Of a stretch of 64,000 nt of DNA, positions 38,863 to 46,991 are shown in pieces. The notes under the pieces were generated by a model. That model saw nothing but the letters and a program-made list of their open reading frames with translations, searched no databases and was not told where the DNA came from. The position numbers and the translations under genes were made by a program. The stretch is taken from the IMG/VR virus record IMGVR_UViG_3300009173_000010, positions 8,807 through 72,806 of that record. One strand, written 5' to 3'. This DNA comes from a virus. Numbering within the stretch: the first letter of the stretch is position 1; each line of letters opens with the position of its first letter.

Positions 38863-39693
38863 ATGACACAACTTATTAATCCGGAGAAATTCACGGATAG
38901 CGTGGGCCGTTTACGGTCCTTTTTTTTGAACAAAGGATTTCAAGAAGTACATACGCAAAATCGTTTAAGTATATTAGCGGCATGCGAAGATCCAACAACT
39001 GTCTCAACATATAATTACGCCGGCCAAGTTTGGCCGTTACCGCAAACAGGACAGATGTGGTTAGAATACGAGTTACTTACTAAGCCTGAGGTTCCGGGCT
39101 TTTTTTGTGTCTCAACATCATATAGGCAAGAGCCTAATGCTATACCTGGTAGGCATGATCTTATATTTCCTATGTTTGAATTCGAAATGCCAGGGGATAT
39201 TAATGACTTATATCGAATGGAATTGGATTTATGCGAAGCAGTAGGCTTTTCATCAATTGATGCAATTACATCAAAAGATTACACTGATTGGTCAGCGGAA
39301 TTTGGCGTTGAAGAATTAACACATGCAGAAGAAACTGCAATGTATGAAAAGTACGGTAATGTACAAATGATTCGAAACTTTCCAAATTACACAAGTCCAT
39401 TTTGGAACATGAAACAAAATGGTGATGGAACAGCCGCAAAAATTGATGTAATTATTTGTGGACAAGAAACAATTGGTTCTGCAGAACGGTCAGCAGATAC
39501 AACAGAAATGCATGATATGTTTCACACAATTAGTGATGGGCAATATGCTAGTTTGTTGCATGGAACGTTTGGCAAGGACAGAGTTAACAAAGAATTGGAC
39601 GAATTTTTAAGTCATGATTTTATACCACGTGTAGGCGGCGGCATTGGAATGACTAGATTTATTCGTGCAATGGAAATGTGTAACTTGTTCTAA
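38863..39693 (+). CDS. Class IIb aminoacyl-tRNA synthetase catalytic-domain-only paralog (Asp/AsnRS-like; archaeal-type asparagine synthetase-like)
   Basis: Motif 1 LRSFFLNKGFQEVHT; LPQTGQMWLE; motif 2 SYRQE...RHDLIFPMFEFE; ETIGSAER; motif 3 GGGIGMTR. 276 aa with no N-terminal OB-fold anticodon domain. Confidence 0.8.
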   Translation: MTQLINPEKFTDSVGRLRSFFLNKGFQEVHTQNRLSILAACEDPTTVSTYNYAGQVWPLPQTGQMWLEYELLTKPEVPGFFCVSTSYRQEPNAIPGRHDLIFPMFEFEMPGDINDLYRMELDLCEAVGFSSIDAITSKDYTDWSAEFGVEELTHAEETAMYEKYGNVQMIRNFPNYTSPFWNMKQNGDGTAAKIDVIICGQETIGSAERSADTTEMHDMFHTISDGQYASLLHGTFGKDRVNKELDEFLSHDFIPRVGGGIGMTRFIRAMEMCNLF

Positions 39694-39971
39694 AGAATTT
39701 GTTCCGGAGTGATGGAATTGGTAGACATGCTGGGCGGTTTACTCAGTGTCCTTGGCAGGGCGTGAAGGTTCGAATCCTTCCTCCGGAGCCAGTTTTTAAT
39801 TTTAAGACTTAGGCTTCTTCGGCTTCTTTTTTTCTTTCTTGGGTTTGTCTCTATTTTTACTTTCCATCCTTGTTTTCCTATGGTTCGTGTTGTATCTACA
39901 TCTCCGAACTCGCCCATACTTTTACCAGTTTGTATTTGCCTACTATAATCGTATGGATCTTTACCGTTCAT
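39690..39971 (-). CDS. Small basic hypothetical protein (3' end uncertain; as read it runs antisense through the tRNA)
   Basis: Start overlaps the stop region of the CCA gene; an alternative frame ends PKKEKKKPKKPKS* at 39802, before the tRNA. Confidence 0.35.
   Translation of the reverse strand: MNGKDPYDYSRQIQTGKSMGEFGDVDTTRTIGKQGWKVKIETNPRKKKRSRRSLSLKIKNWLRRKDSNLHALPRTLSKPPSMSTNSITPEQIL
39703..39791 (+). tRNA. Non-canonical long-variable-arm tRNA, anticodon GTT (Asn-like), encoded CCA
   Basis: Acceptor TCCGGAG/CTCCGGA + G73 + CCA; D-arm ATGGAATTGGTAGACAT; anticodon stem CTGGG/CTCAG with loop CGGTTTA; V-arm GTCCT-TGGC-AGGGC; T-arm GAAGG-TTCGAAT-CCTTC. Confidence 0.85.
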
Positions 39972-41157
39972 CGATCACTGTTGATAATAATTCTTCTTTG
40001 CTAGGTTTGTAGTTTTTAGACTTCCATTCGTCTCGTAACTTTGTTAGTAAAGCACCCATGTTAGGACCAGGTTTTACATCTGCACTAATTAAGTCTTTTC
40101 CTGTTACAGGAAATTCTGGTACTTGCCAACTTCTAATATGATTTGCAATAGCATCTTTGTCTTGTATTTTAGCAAGAGCATAAACAAAATATTGATGAGT
40201 TTCATCAACTAAAAATTCTTCTGCACTTTGCTGTGTTAGAGGTGTATTTTTAAATTCAGTTAAAAAAGATAAAAGTTGCATTTCTGCATTTGATAGTTTC
40301 CATGCATTACCTATCGCGTCTACATCTTTTATATTACGCATAAGACTTGCTAAAGGAACAATAGGACTTTGCATTGTACTAACTTTTTCTGCTAGTGCAA
40401 TATCATCTAATGGTAGATTAATATTTTTTGTAACGCCTGTTTTTTCTAAATGTACTAATATGTCTTTTACATTGTTACCTAACAGTATCTTTTGCATTTC
40501 CATCCATATACGTTCACCAGAAATTTGTGTTAAACCTTTAACATTGCTTTTTATAGCATCTAATGTATCTTTCTCCCAAGTAGGATTATTAATGCGTCCT
40601 TGGAATCTAAAGTAGCGCAAAATTCTTAAATAATCTTCTTGTATACGTTGTTCCGGTTCACCTACAAATTTACTTACTTTATCTTGTAAGTCATTTGCTC
40701 CATTAAAATAATCATATACTGTACCGTCTAAATCTAATGACATAGCATTGTATGTTAAATCTCTGCGTTTAGCATCTTCTTCCCAACTACGTATAAATTC
40801 AACAGTAGCGTGTCTACCAGTATGTTCTGCGTCTGCACGTAACGTTGTAATTTCTAATTGTTCTTTATTAATTACAGCGGTAATTGTTCCGTGCTGTAAT
40901 CCTGTTGGAATATACTTAATATTGCCCTTTTCAAACATTTCAACCATTTCGTCTGGTGTAGCATCTGATGCTAAGTCTGTATCTTTGGGCAATTTGCCAA
41001 GCATTAGGTCTCGAACTGCACCACCAACAATACGTAGTTCAAATCCGTTTTTATGAAAAAGGTTACCGAGTGAAACTACACCAGCAGTAAGAATTTGTTT
41101 AAATTCGTCACTATCTAGTTTTTCTTGTGCCTCAACTAAAAATTCTAATGCTCTCAT
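39961..41157 (-). CDS. cca: tRNA nucleotidyltransferase (class II CCA-adding enzyme)
   Basis: VGGAVRD..DTD, GLQHGTI, EITTLR, EDAKRRDLTYNAM, FVGEPEQRIQEDYLRILRYFRF, ISGERIWME, PVTGKDL; start revised to MRALEFLVE (TAAATA-N5-ATG). Confidence 0.93.
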   Translation of the reverse strand: MRALEFLVEAQEKLDSDEFKQILTAGVVSLGNLFHKNGFELRIVGGAVRDLMLGKLPKDTDLASDATPDEMVEMFEKGNIKYIPTGLQHGTITAVINKEQLEITTLRADAEHTGRHATVEFIRSWEEDAKRRDLTYNAMSLDLDGTVYDYFNGANDLQDKVSKFVGEPEQRIQEDYLRILRYFRFQGRINNPTWEKDTLDAIKSNVKGLTQISGERIWMEMQKILLGNNVKDILVHLEKTGVTKNINLPLDDIALAEKVSTMQSPIVPLASLMRNIKDVDAIGNAWKLSNAEMQLLSFLTEFKNTPLTQQSAEEFLVDETHQYFVYALAKIQDKDAIANHIRSWQVPEFPVTGKDLISADVKPGPNMGALLTKLRDEWKSKNYKPSKEELLSTVIDER

Positions 41158-41190
41158 ACATATATTTACCAAGATATATATTTGTAATGA

Positions 41191-41218
41191 TTGACAAACT
41201 GTTATTTTCTGTTATTAT
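41191..41218 (+). promoter_or_regulatory. Sigma70-like early promoter
   Basis: TTGACA-N16-TATTAT with extended TG. Confidence 0.55.
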
Positions 41219-41244
41219 TATATAACATAATAAGGAGAATAACA

Positions 41245-41505
41245 ATGTCCCAAGATAATATTATACAATTAAATCCAAATAAATCTGTTTTAGATACTGA
41301 TGATTTGGATACTATTGTAGCCGAGGTAATTGATTACATTGGCGAGGTTGCTGATAACCGCAATCTTCCGTTAAATGATGAATTTGCCAGAGATATGGCT
41401 ATTGCTATGAGGTTTGTAAGAGCTGGATTTGCCCGTCAAATGGGTGCAGAAACTGACGTAATCCAGGAAGAAATGACAAAATTAGCCGATTTTATGCTAA
41501 AATAA
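41245..41505 (+). CDS. Hypothetical protein
   Basis: TAAGGAG RBS before ATG 41245. Confidence 0.65.
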   Translation: MSQDNIIQLNPNKSVLDTDDLDTIVAEVIDYIGEVADNRNLPLNDEFARDMAIAMRFVRAGFARQMGAETDVIQEEMTKLADFMLK

Positions 41506-41539
41506 TTTAAAAACCCTTATATTTCAATGACTTATATGA

Positions 41540-41567
41540 TTGACAAACCAAGATATCATGCTATAAT
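41540..41567 (+). promoter_or_regulatory. Strong early promoter
   Basis: TTGACA-N16-TATAAT with extended TG. Confidence 0.75.
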
Positions 41568-41594
41568 GTATACATAATGAGAAATGAGGGAAAT

Positions 41595-41939
41595 ATGTTT
41601 AAATTGTTTCAGGTTCATCTTACAGATGAAGAGGTTGCCCAGGTTAATGCTACTGGACATGATTCAGTTCCTAAGCAGAAAGCCCGGTTGCAAGCCAGTG
41701 TTTTTGGTGATCCGAGCGAAGCAATTGCTGGCGGATTTTTTGAGCACGTTGCCAACATTGATGCATTGACGTTAGAGGGCGTATTCCATATTGGGAATCA
41801 AGGCCCAGAAGAGAAAATTGAACGGCTTGGCCCAATGTCCTCAACGAGCGTTGGCGATATAGTCGAAGACCCAGACGGAAAACAGTGGGTAGTTGCTAAG
41901 TGTGGTTTCGATCCAATTGAGGAGAAAATAGTATGTTAG
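41595..41939 (+). CDS. YodL-like early protein
   Basis: 'LEGVFHIGN...MSSTSVGDIVE...WVVAKCGF' resembles the YodL-type SxSVGD motif. Confidence 0.55.
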   Translation: MFKLFQVHLTDEEVAQVNATGHDSVPKQKARLQASVFGDPSEAIAGGFFEHVANIDALTLEGVFHIGNQGPEEKIERLGPMSSTSVGDIVEDPDGKQWVVAKCGFDPIEEKIVC

Positions 41940-42073
41940 AGATTTTGTTGTTTTTAATACTGCTAGTTTTAGTAGTTGCATTTTTGCCAAATATCGCAAA
42001 ATTTATTGTATCGTTAATATTGATATCATGTGCAATAATTGGCTTAATAGTTCTTGTTAGTGTTTTTATTTAA
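41933..42073 (+). CDS. Small two-TM membrane protein (46 aa; not in ORF track)
   Basis: GAGGAG RBS; MLEILLFLILLVLVVAFLPNIAKFIVSLILISCAIIGLIVLVSVFI. Confidence 0.6.
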   Translation: MLEILLFLILLVLVVAFLPNIAKFIVSLILISCAIIGLIVLVSVFI

Positions 42074-42083
42074 GGAGTCTAAC

Positions 42084-42242
42084 ATGATTAGATTTATTGC
42101 AGGTTTGTTCTTGTGTATGGGTGCCGTTGGCGGCCTTGAACAGGATACAATGACGTTCGCCCAGTTCTTTATGTTTGCTGGTATTGGTTTAGGCTTAATG
42201 TTTTGGGCAGTGCCAACGTTGGCCGCACAAGCCAGTGACTAA
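42084..42242 (+). CDS. Small membrane protein
   Basis: TAAGGAG RBS; MIRFIAGLFLCMGAVGGLE... Confidence 0.65.
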   Translation: MIRFIAGLFLCMGAVGGLEQDTMTFAQFFMFAGIGLGLMFWAVPTLAAQASD

Positions 42243-42492
42243 CGAAATTAATTTTGTCCATCCGAGCATTTCTGATAAAGATATAGAACTGTTTGGTTTT
42301 GATGATATTGAAAATGTTCCGATTCAGGAGCATTGGATCATGGCCCATATTATGGTTGAGGCAGGCCTATTTACTAGTATAAGCAATGCTCGCAAAAATG
42401 GTTGGAACACGCCTATACCAAAAGGCTTCTGGCAGAAAAAAGTTGGCAAGATGAGAAAGTTGATAAGTATACTAAATGAGTTGGAAGGATAG
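42235..42492 (+). CDS. Small protein with S4-like RNA-binding motif
   Basis: 'AHIMVEAGLFTSISNARKNG...KKVGK' resembles the TyrRS C-terminal S4 motif (L..AGL..S.S.ARR...GKK). Confidence 0.5.
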   Translation: MTNEINFVHPSISDKDIELFGFDDIENVPIQEHWIMAHIMVEAGLFTSISNARKNGWNTPIPKGFWQKKVGKMRKLISILNELEG

Positions 42493-42493
42493 T

Positions 42494-43048
42494 ATGCGAA
42501 TTATAGAGGTAGATCAAGAGAACGTGGTTAATAAGGCTTTGGCGTTTGCTAAAGATGCCCACGAATCCATCGGCCAGAAACGAAAGTACACTGGCGAGGA
42601 TTACATTGTCCATCCAATAGAAGTTTCACAGATTGTTAAATCGGTTGGCGGATCCGAAGCAATGCAAGCGGCCGCCCTTTTGCACGATACCGTTGAAGAC
42701 ACAAATGTCACGAATGCGGAAATTGTTGAGCATTTCGGTCCTGCGATCGCTAAACTAGTAAATGAACTAACTGATATAAGTAAACTCGAAGATGGAAATC
42801 GAGCCCTTAGGAAAGAAATGGACAGAGAGCATTCTGCTAGTGCTAGTGCTGATGCACAAACGGTAAAATTGGCTGATTTGATCAGCAACAGCAAAAGCAT
42901 CGTAAAACACGATCCAAATTTTGCTAAAGTTTATATTAGAGAAAAAGAGGCTCTTTTGCAGGTGCTAGATAAGGGCAATTCTCGTTTACACGCAATCGCG
43001 ACGAAACAAGTTGCAGATGCGAAAGAAACCCTAAAAATATCAGGGTAA
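42494..43048 (+). CDS. HD-domain hydrolase, RelA/SpoT hydrolase-like (small alarmone hydrolase / Mesh1-like)
   Basis: A..AH..GQKRKYTGEDYIVHP.EV, AALLHDTVEDT, FG..IA.LV.ELTD, VKLADLISN. Confidence 0.85.
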   Translation: MRIIEVDQENVVNKALAFAKDAHESIGQKRKYTGEDYIVHPIEVSQIVKSVGGSEAMQAAALLHDTVEDTNVTNAEIVEHFGPAIAKLVNELTDISKLEDGNRALRKEMDREHSASASADAQTVKLADLISNSKSIVKHDPNFAKVYIREKEALLQVLDKGNSRLHAIATKQVADAKETLKISG

Positions 43049-43113
43049 TCTGTTGTATTTTTGCAACAATCCAAGAAATCTTGCATTTAACCGTCAAAAT
43101 AGCCCAGTTAAGG

Positions 43114-43141
43114 TTGACAGATCACCCAGATGTGTTATTAT
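43114..43141 (+). promoter_or_regulatory. Sigma70-like early promoter
   Basis: TTGACA-N16-TATTAT with extended TG. Confidence 0.6.
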
Positions 43142-43196
43142 TATACTATAGTTAATGAGAACTATTTAATTCACCAACCAACCGAAAGGTAATTAT

Positions 43197-44240
43197 ATGT
43201 CCGCTCAAATGGTAAAGGTTTTTGGAGAGTATCGTAACACTCCAATTGAGGGTGTAGTTTTTCCTCTTACAAAAGGTTTCACAGAAGGCAAGAAGCATAA
43301 TTTCATCACTGTTGATGGAACGCCGGTTGCTGGATTTCCCAATCGCTTTATTCGAGTCAGGGTTGCTGACAAAAACGCTTTTTCGTTTGTTGGTAAAGAC
43401 GTACCTGCTGGTACAGTAGACCCAACTCTAGTTTCAAAAGAAACCGAAGCAGAAGCAATTGAACGAATTCGTGAGCGTTTCGAAATTCTAAATGAGATGA
43501 CCGAAGCAACAATGGAAGGTACCGTACGAGGTATGGTTGTAACAGGCCCTCCGGGTGTTGGTAAGTCATTTGGTGTCGAAAGTACGCTCGAGAAGCATCA
43601 CACTTTTAATAAACTTGCTGGCAAGAAGGCCAAGTATGAGGTTATTAAAGGAGCAATGACTCCGTTGGGCCTTTATGCTCTATTATTTAAGAACAGTGAT
43701 CCGGGCATGGTGCTGGTACTTGATGATTGTGACACAGTTCTTTGGGACGAGTTGTCACTAAACATCCTTAAGGGTGCGTTGGATTCAGGTAAGCATCGTA
43801 GGATTTATTGGAACGCTGATTCATCTAAATTGCGGAATGAAGGTATTCCGGATCATTTTGAGTTTAAGGGTTCGATTATCTTTATTTCAAACTTGAAGTT
43901 CGATGCTCATATGAAGGGCAACCGGATGGGCAAAATCAAAGATCATTTAGAAGCAATTATTTCTAGGTGTCATTATTTGGATCTAACATTGGATACAATG
44001 CAAGACAAGATGCTTCGTATTCATCAGATTGTTGGTGACGGGATGCTGGATGATCATAAACTTTCCGACGACGAAGAAAAAATGATTGTTAAGTACATCG
44101 AAGATAATAAGGAAAAACTGCGCGAAGTGTCATTGCGAATGGTACTCAAAATTGCAGACTTGTTTAAAATGGCTCCTAACAATGAGAAGTGGAAGCGTCT
44201 AGCAGAAACGACTTGCATGGTTAGGAAGATTATGAGTTAA
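43197..44240 (+). CDS. Conserved phage P-loop (AAA-like) ATPase
   Basis: GPPGVGKS Walker A, LVLDDCD Walker B, LKGALD, IFISN, SRCH. Confidence 0.8.
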   Translation: MSAQMVKVFGEYRNTPIEGVVFPLTKGFTEGKKHNFITVDGTPVAGFPNRFIRVRVADKNAFSFVGKDVPAGTVDPTLVSKETEAEAIERIRERFEILNEMTEATMEGTVRGMVVTGPPGVGKSFGVESTLEKHHTFNKLAGKKAKYEVIKGAMTPLGLYALLFKNSDPGMVLVLDDCDTVLWDELSLNILKGALDSGKHRRIYWNADSSKLRNEGIPDHFEFKGSIIFISNLKFDAHMKGNRMGKIKDHLEAIISRCHYLDLTLDTMQDKMLRIHQIVGDGMLDDHKLSDDEEKMIVKYIEDNKEKLREVSLRMVLKIADLFKMAPNNEKWKRLAETTCMVRKIMS

Positions 44241-44329
44241 CTTGCCGAGCGGGCAGGTGGGGGTCGGTCTCATTGCCGGCCCCTTTTTTTAACTTGACAT
44301 TAAGGGCAATTTCATATAAACTTACTGTA

Positions 44330-44512
44330 ATGGAAAAAGTAATAGTTTATACAAGTTCGAATAGTATTTCTTGTATAGGAGAGGACAATGTGGGTTCTCA
44401 TCCTATTGTTTATTATCGTGTAAGCAAAAAATCACCGGAAGCAATATGTGGATATTGTGGTGTAATATTTAGGTACGACAAAGATGCCGACAGCAAAACT
44501 CGTTATCCGTGA
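44330..44512 (+). CDS. zf-CHCC zinc-finger protein (NDUFS6-like)
   Basis: C.G....SHPIVYY......AICGYCG; promoter TTGACA(44294)-N17-TAAACT ends 7 nt before the ATG. Confidence 0.7.
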   Translation: MEKVIVYTSSNSISCIGEDNVGSHPIVYYRVSKKSPEAICGYCGVIFRYDKDADSKTRYP

Positions 44513-45938
44513 CGAAGTAAACATTAAATTTGAAAACGTTGACCCGTCTACGAGGCGTAAGTTATCAGCGGCCGTCAAGTTTATGCTACCATATGCATAC
44601 CATATGCCTGCGTATAAGTTAGGACGCTGGGATGGTATGATACGTTTCTGCGATGTAGGTGGTAGGACATACCTTAATTTGTTAGATACATTGCTACCAA
44701 TACTACAGCAATCGGGATACGAATTAGACATAGAGGATCATAGGCAACAATGGAATTTTAAGTTTGATCAAATTGATGAGAATGTATTAAGTGATATTAC
44801 GTGGCCTAAGGGGCATGTTAATGAGGGAGAGGCTATTGTTCTACGAGACTACCAAGTAGATGTTGTTAATAACTCGCTGTCACACTTACAAAGCCTACAA
44901 GAGGTTGCTACAGGTGCTGGCAAAACGATTATAACTGCTACGCTAAGTAAGTTAGTAGGAGAATACGGGCGTAGCATTGTTATAGTACCTAACAAGAGTT
45001 TAGTAACGCAGACAGAAGAGGATTATATTAATATTGGCCTCGACGTGGGTGTATTTTATGGTGATCGTAAAGAGTTTGGCCGCCAACATACTATTTGTAC
45101 ATGGCAATCTTTGAATGTTCTACTTAAAAAGAGCAAAAAGAAAACAGCCGGAATTGATATACAACAATTTATTGAAGGCGTTGTATGTGTAATGGTAGAT
45201 GAAGTACATCAAGCAAAAGCAGATGTGCTAAAAGAATTACTTACAGGCGTCTTTGCAAATATTCCTATTCGTTGGGGACTAACAGGTACAATACCAAAAG
45301 AGGATTACGAGTTCTGTAGTCTTAAAGCAAGTTTGGGCGAGGTAATTAATTCTATTAGTGCCCACGAATTGCAAGAAAGAGGTGTGCTGAGTAATTGTGA
45401 AGTTAAGGTATTGCAGTTAAAAGACGATGTTGAGTATCCAAATTATCCAAGTGAATTAAAATATTTGGTATCTGATCCTAAGCGTATTGATTATCTTTCT
45501 GGTGTAATAGGTGATATTGCAGAAACAGGAAATACTTTAGTCTTAATTGGACAAATTAAAACTGGAGAAATGTTAATTGAACGATTACCAAAGGCTGTAT
45601 TTGTAAGAGGAGCGACTAAAAATGAAGACCGTAAAGAAACTTATGACGAAGTTGCAACAAGCGATACGAAACTTATTGTTGCAACCTACGGCGTGGCCTC
45701 TGTGGGAATCAATATTCCTAGGATTTTTAATCTTGTTCTTATTGAGCCCGGTAAGTCATTTGTAAGAGTTATTCAAAGTATAGGTAGAGGCATACGTAAA
45801 GCACACGATAAAAACTTTGTGCAGATATGGGATGTTACTAGCAATTGTAAATATAGTAAAAGGCATCTAACGACACGTAAAAAGTATTATAGAGAAGCAC
45901 AGTATCCGTTTGATATTGAAAAAGTGTCATTTAAATGA
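44484..45938 (+). CDS. uvsW: SF2 DNA helicase (UvsW-like)
   Basis: WDG.IRF, LRDYQ, ATGAGKT, VDEVH, GLTGT, ATYGVASVGINIP, QSIGRGIR. Confidence 0.92.
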   Translation: MPTAKLVIRDEVNIKFENVDPSTRRKLSAAVKFMLPYAYHMPAYKLGRWDGMIRFCDVGGRTYLNLLDTLLPILQQSGYELDIEDHRQQWNFKFDQIDENVLSDITWPKGHVNEGEAIVLRDYQVDVVNNSLSHLQSLQEVATGAGKTIITATLSKLVGEYGRSIVIVPNKSLVTQTEEDYINIGLDVGVFYGDRKEFGRQHTICTWQSLNVLLKKSKKKTAGIDIQQFIEGVVCVMVDEVHQAKADVLKELLTGVFANIPIRWGLTGTIPKEDYEFCSLKASLGEVINSISAHELQERGVLSNCEVKVLQLKDDVEYPNYPSELKYLVSDPKRIDYLSGVIGDIAETGNTLVLIGQIKTGEMLIERLPKAVFVRGATKNEDRKETYDEVATSDTKLIVATYGVASVGINIPRIFNLVLIEPGKSFVRVIQSIGRGIRKAHDKNFVQIWDVTSNCKYSKRHLTTRKKYYREAQYPFDIEKVSFK

Positions 45939-45987
45939 TTGCACTTTTAAAAAAAAGATGTTATAATAACAATCGTAGGAAGAGTGT

Positions 45988-46491
45988 ATGCAAATATTAA
46001 CAGTAGAAAATGAACCGTATAGTTTAAATAATTTACCTGACGAAATTGACGATGTAAGATATTGTGTTCTCGATGTAACAGACCCAACATTTATTGATTA
46101 CTATTTCTTACCTTTGATATTTTTGGAGAGTTTTAGTTCTCCGGCAGTAGTTTTACAGATCGGCGAGTTTCAAATTCAAATGCCGTTAGATTGGAATATT
46201 TTAGTAGGCGATCCAGGCCAAGGAATGTTAGAAGTATTACCTTTAACAAATTTAAATGATAGAGGTTTTGAAACGTTATTATACAACCCATTGAAAGGAT
46301 ATATGCCTAGTTGGGCACCTGTACAAATCGTAAACGTGTTTGTTGAACTTAAATGGTATTTTCCAAAATTAAAATTTGGCCATTTATTAGCAATGCCATT
46401 GCAAAATAAGTTTAATCCATTATGTGCATTTTTTATAAAAGAAACAAACAAAATTCCAGATCAAATTGACATCGGTGATGTAATAACATGA
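45988..46491 (+). CDS. Conserved hypothetical protein
   Basis: 167 aa ORF with RBS and upstream extended -10 (TGTTATAAT). Confidence 0.65.
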   Translation: MQILTVENEPYSLNNLPDEIDDVRYCVLDVTDPTFIDYYFLPLIFLESFSSPAVVLQIGEFQIQMPLDWNILVGDPGQGMLEVLPLTNLNDRGFETLLYNPLKGYMPSWAPVQIVNVFVELKWYFPKLKFGHLLAMPLQNKFNPLCAFFIKETNKIPDQIDIGDVIT

Positions 46492-46499
46492 AGAAATAA

Positions 46500-46991
46500 T
46501 TGACAATGAAAGTTGATATGTTTAAAGACATACTTCCTGCAATTAATAAGGGAGATAGAAATTTTTATAATAAGTTGCCTCCTGAAATGAAGAAAAGCAG
46601 TCAAGTAAATTTTTGGATGATACATCGTTGGGCAACGTGTACACACCGAAACAAAGAACATTATCTAATGTTTATTAATGAACTATGTAATGATCATTAC
46701 AGCGATATAAGTAACCATCCAGAGTTGCAATGGTTGTTATTAAGTGTAATAGGCATCGGTCCTGAAAAATATTTTGGACAATGGGTTGGAACCCCAAATA
46801 GTAGAACTAAGGAAAACGCTATCGATAAATTTCTATTAGATGTATATCCAACTATAAACGATGAAGAATTAACTTTGTTAAAGGAAATGAACACAAAAGA
46901 TGACCTCCAAGACCTTGCCTGTAAACTCGGATACAACGACAAGCAAATTTCTGATATCTTTAATGACAAACGTAGAAGTAAAAAGAAGTAA
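46500..46991 (+). CDS. Clamp-loader small subunit-like (gp62-like)
   Basis: 'FWMIHRW...INE..N......HPELQWLLL...QWV' pattern; replication context. Confidence 0.5.
   Translation: MTMKVDMFKDILPAINKGDRNFYNKLPPEMKKSSQVNFWMIHRWATCTHRNKEHYLMFINELCNDHYSDISNHPELQWLLLSVIGIGPEKYFGQWVGTPNSRTKENAIDKFLLDVYPTINDEELTLLKEMNTKDDLQDLACKLGYNDKQISDIFNDKRRSKKK

Noticed and set aside
39703-39791. Reading the tRNA as an ochre suppressor (TTA) or Lys (TTT) tRNA
   Set aside because: The 5-bp stem CTGGG/CTCAG fixes a 7-nt loop CGGTTTA with GTT central; other registers break the stem geometry.
39690-39801. Protein-coding overlap antisense to the tRNA
   Set aside because: A small frameshift near 39850 would end the ORF naturally at 39802 (PKKPKS*), before the tRNA, so the overlap is probably artefactual.
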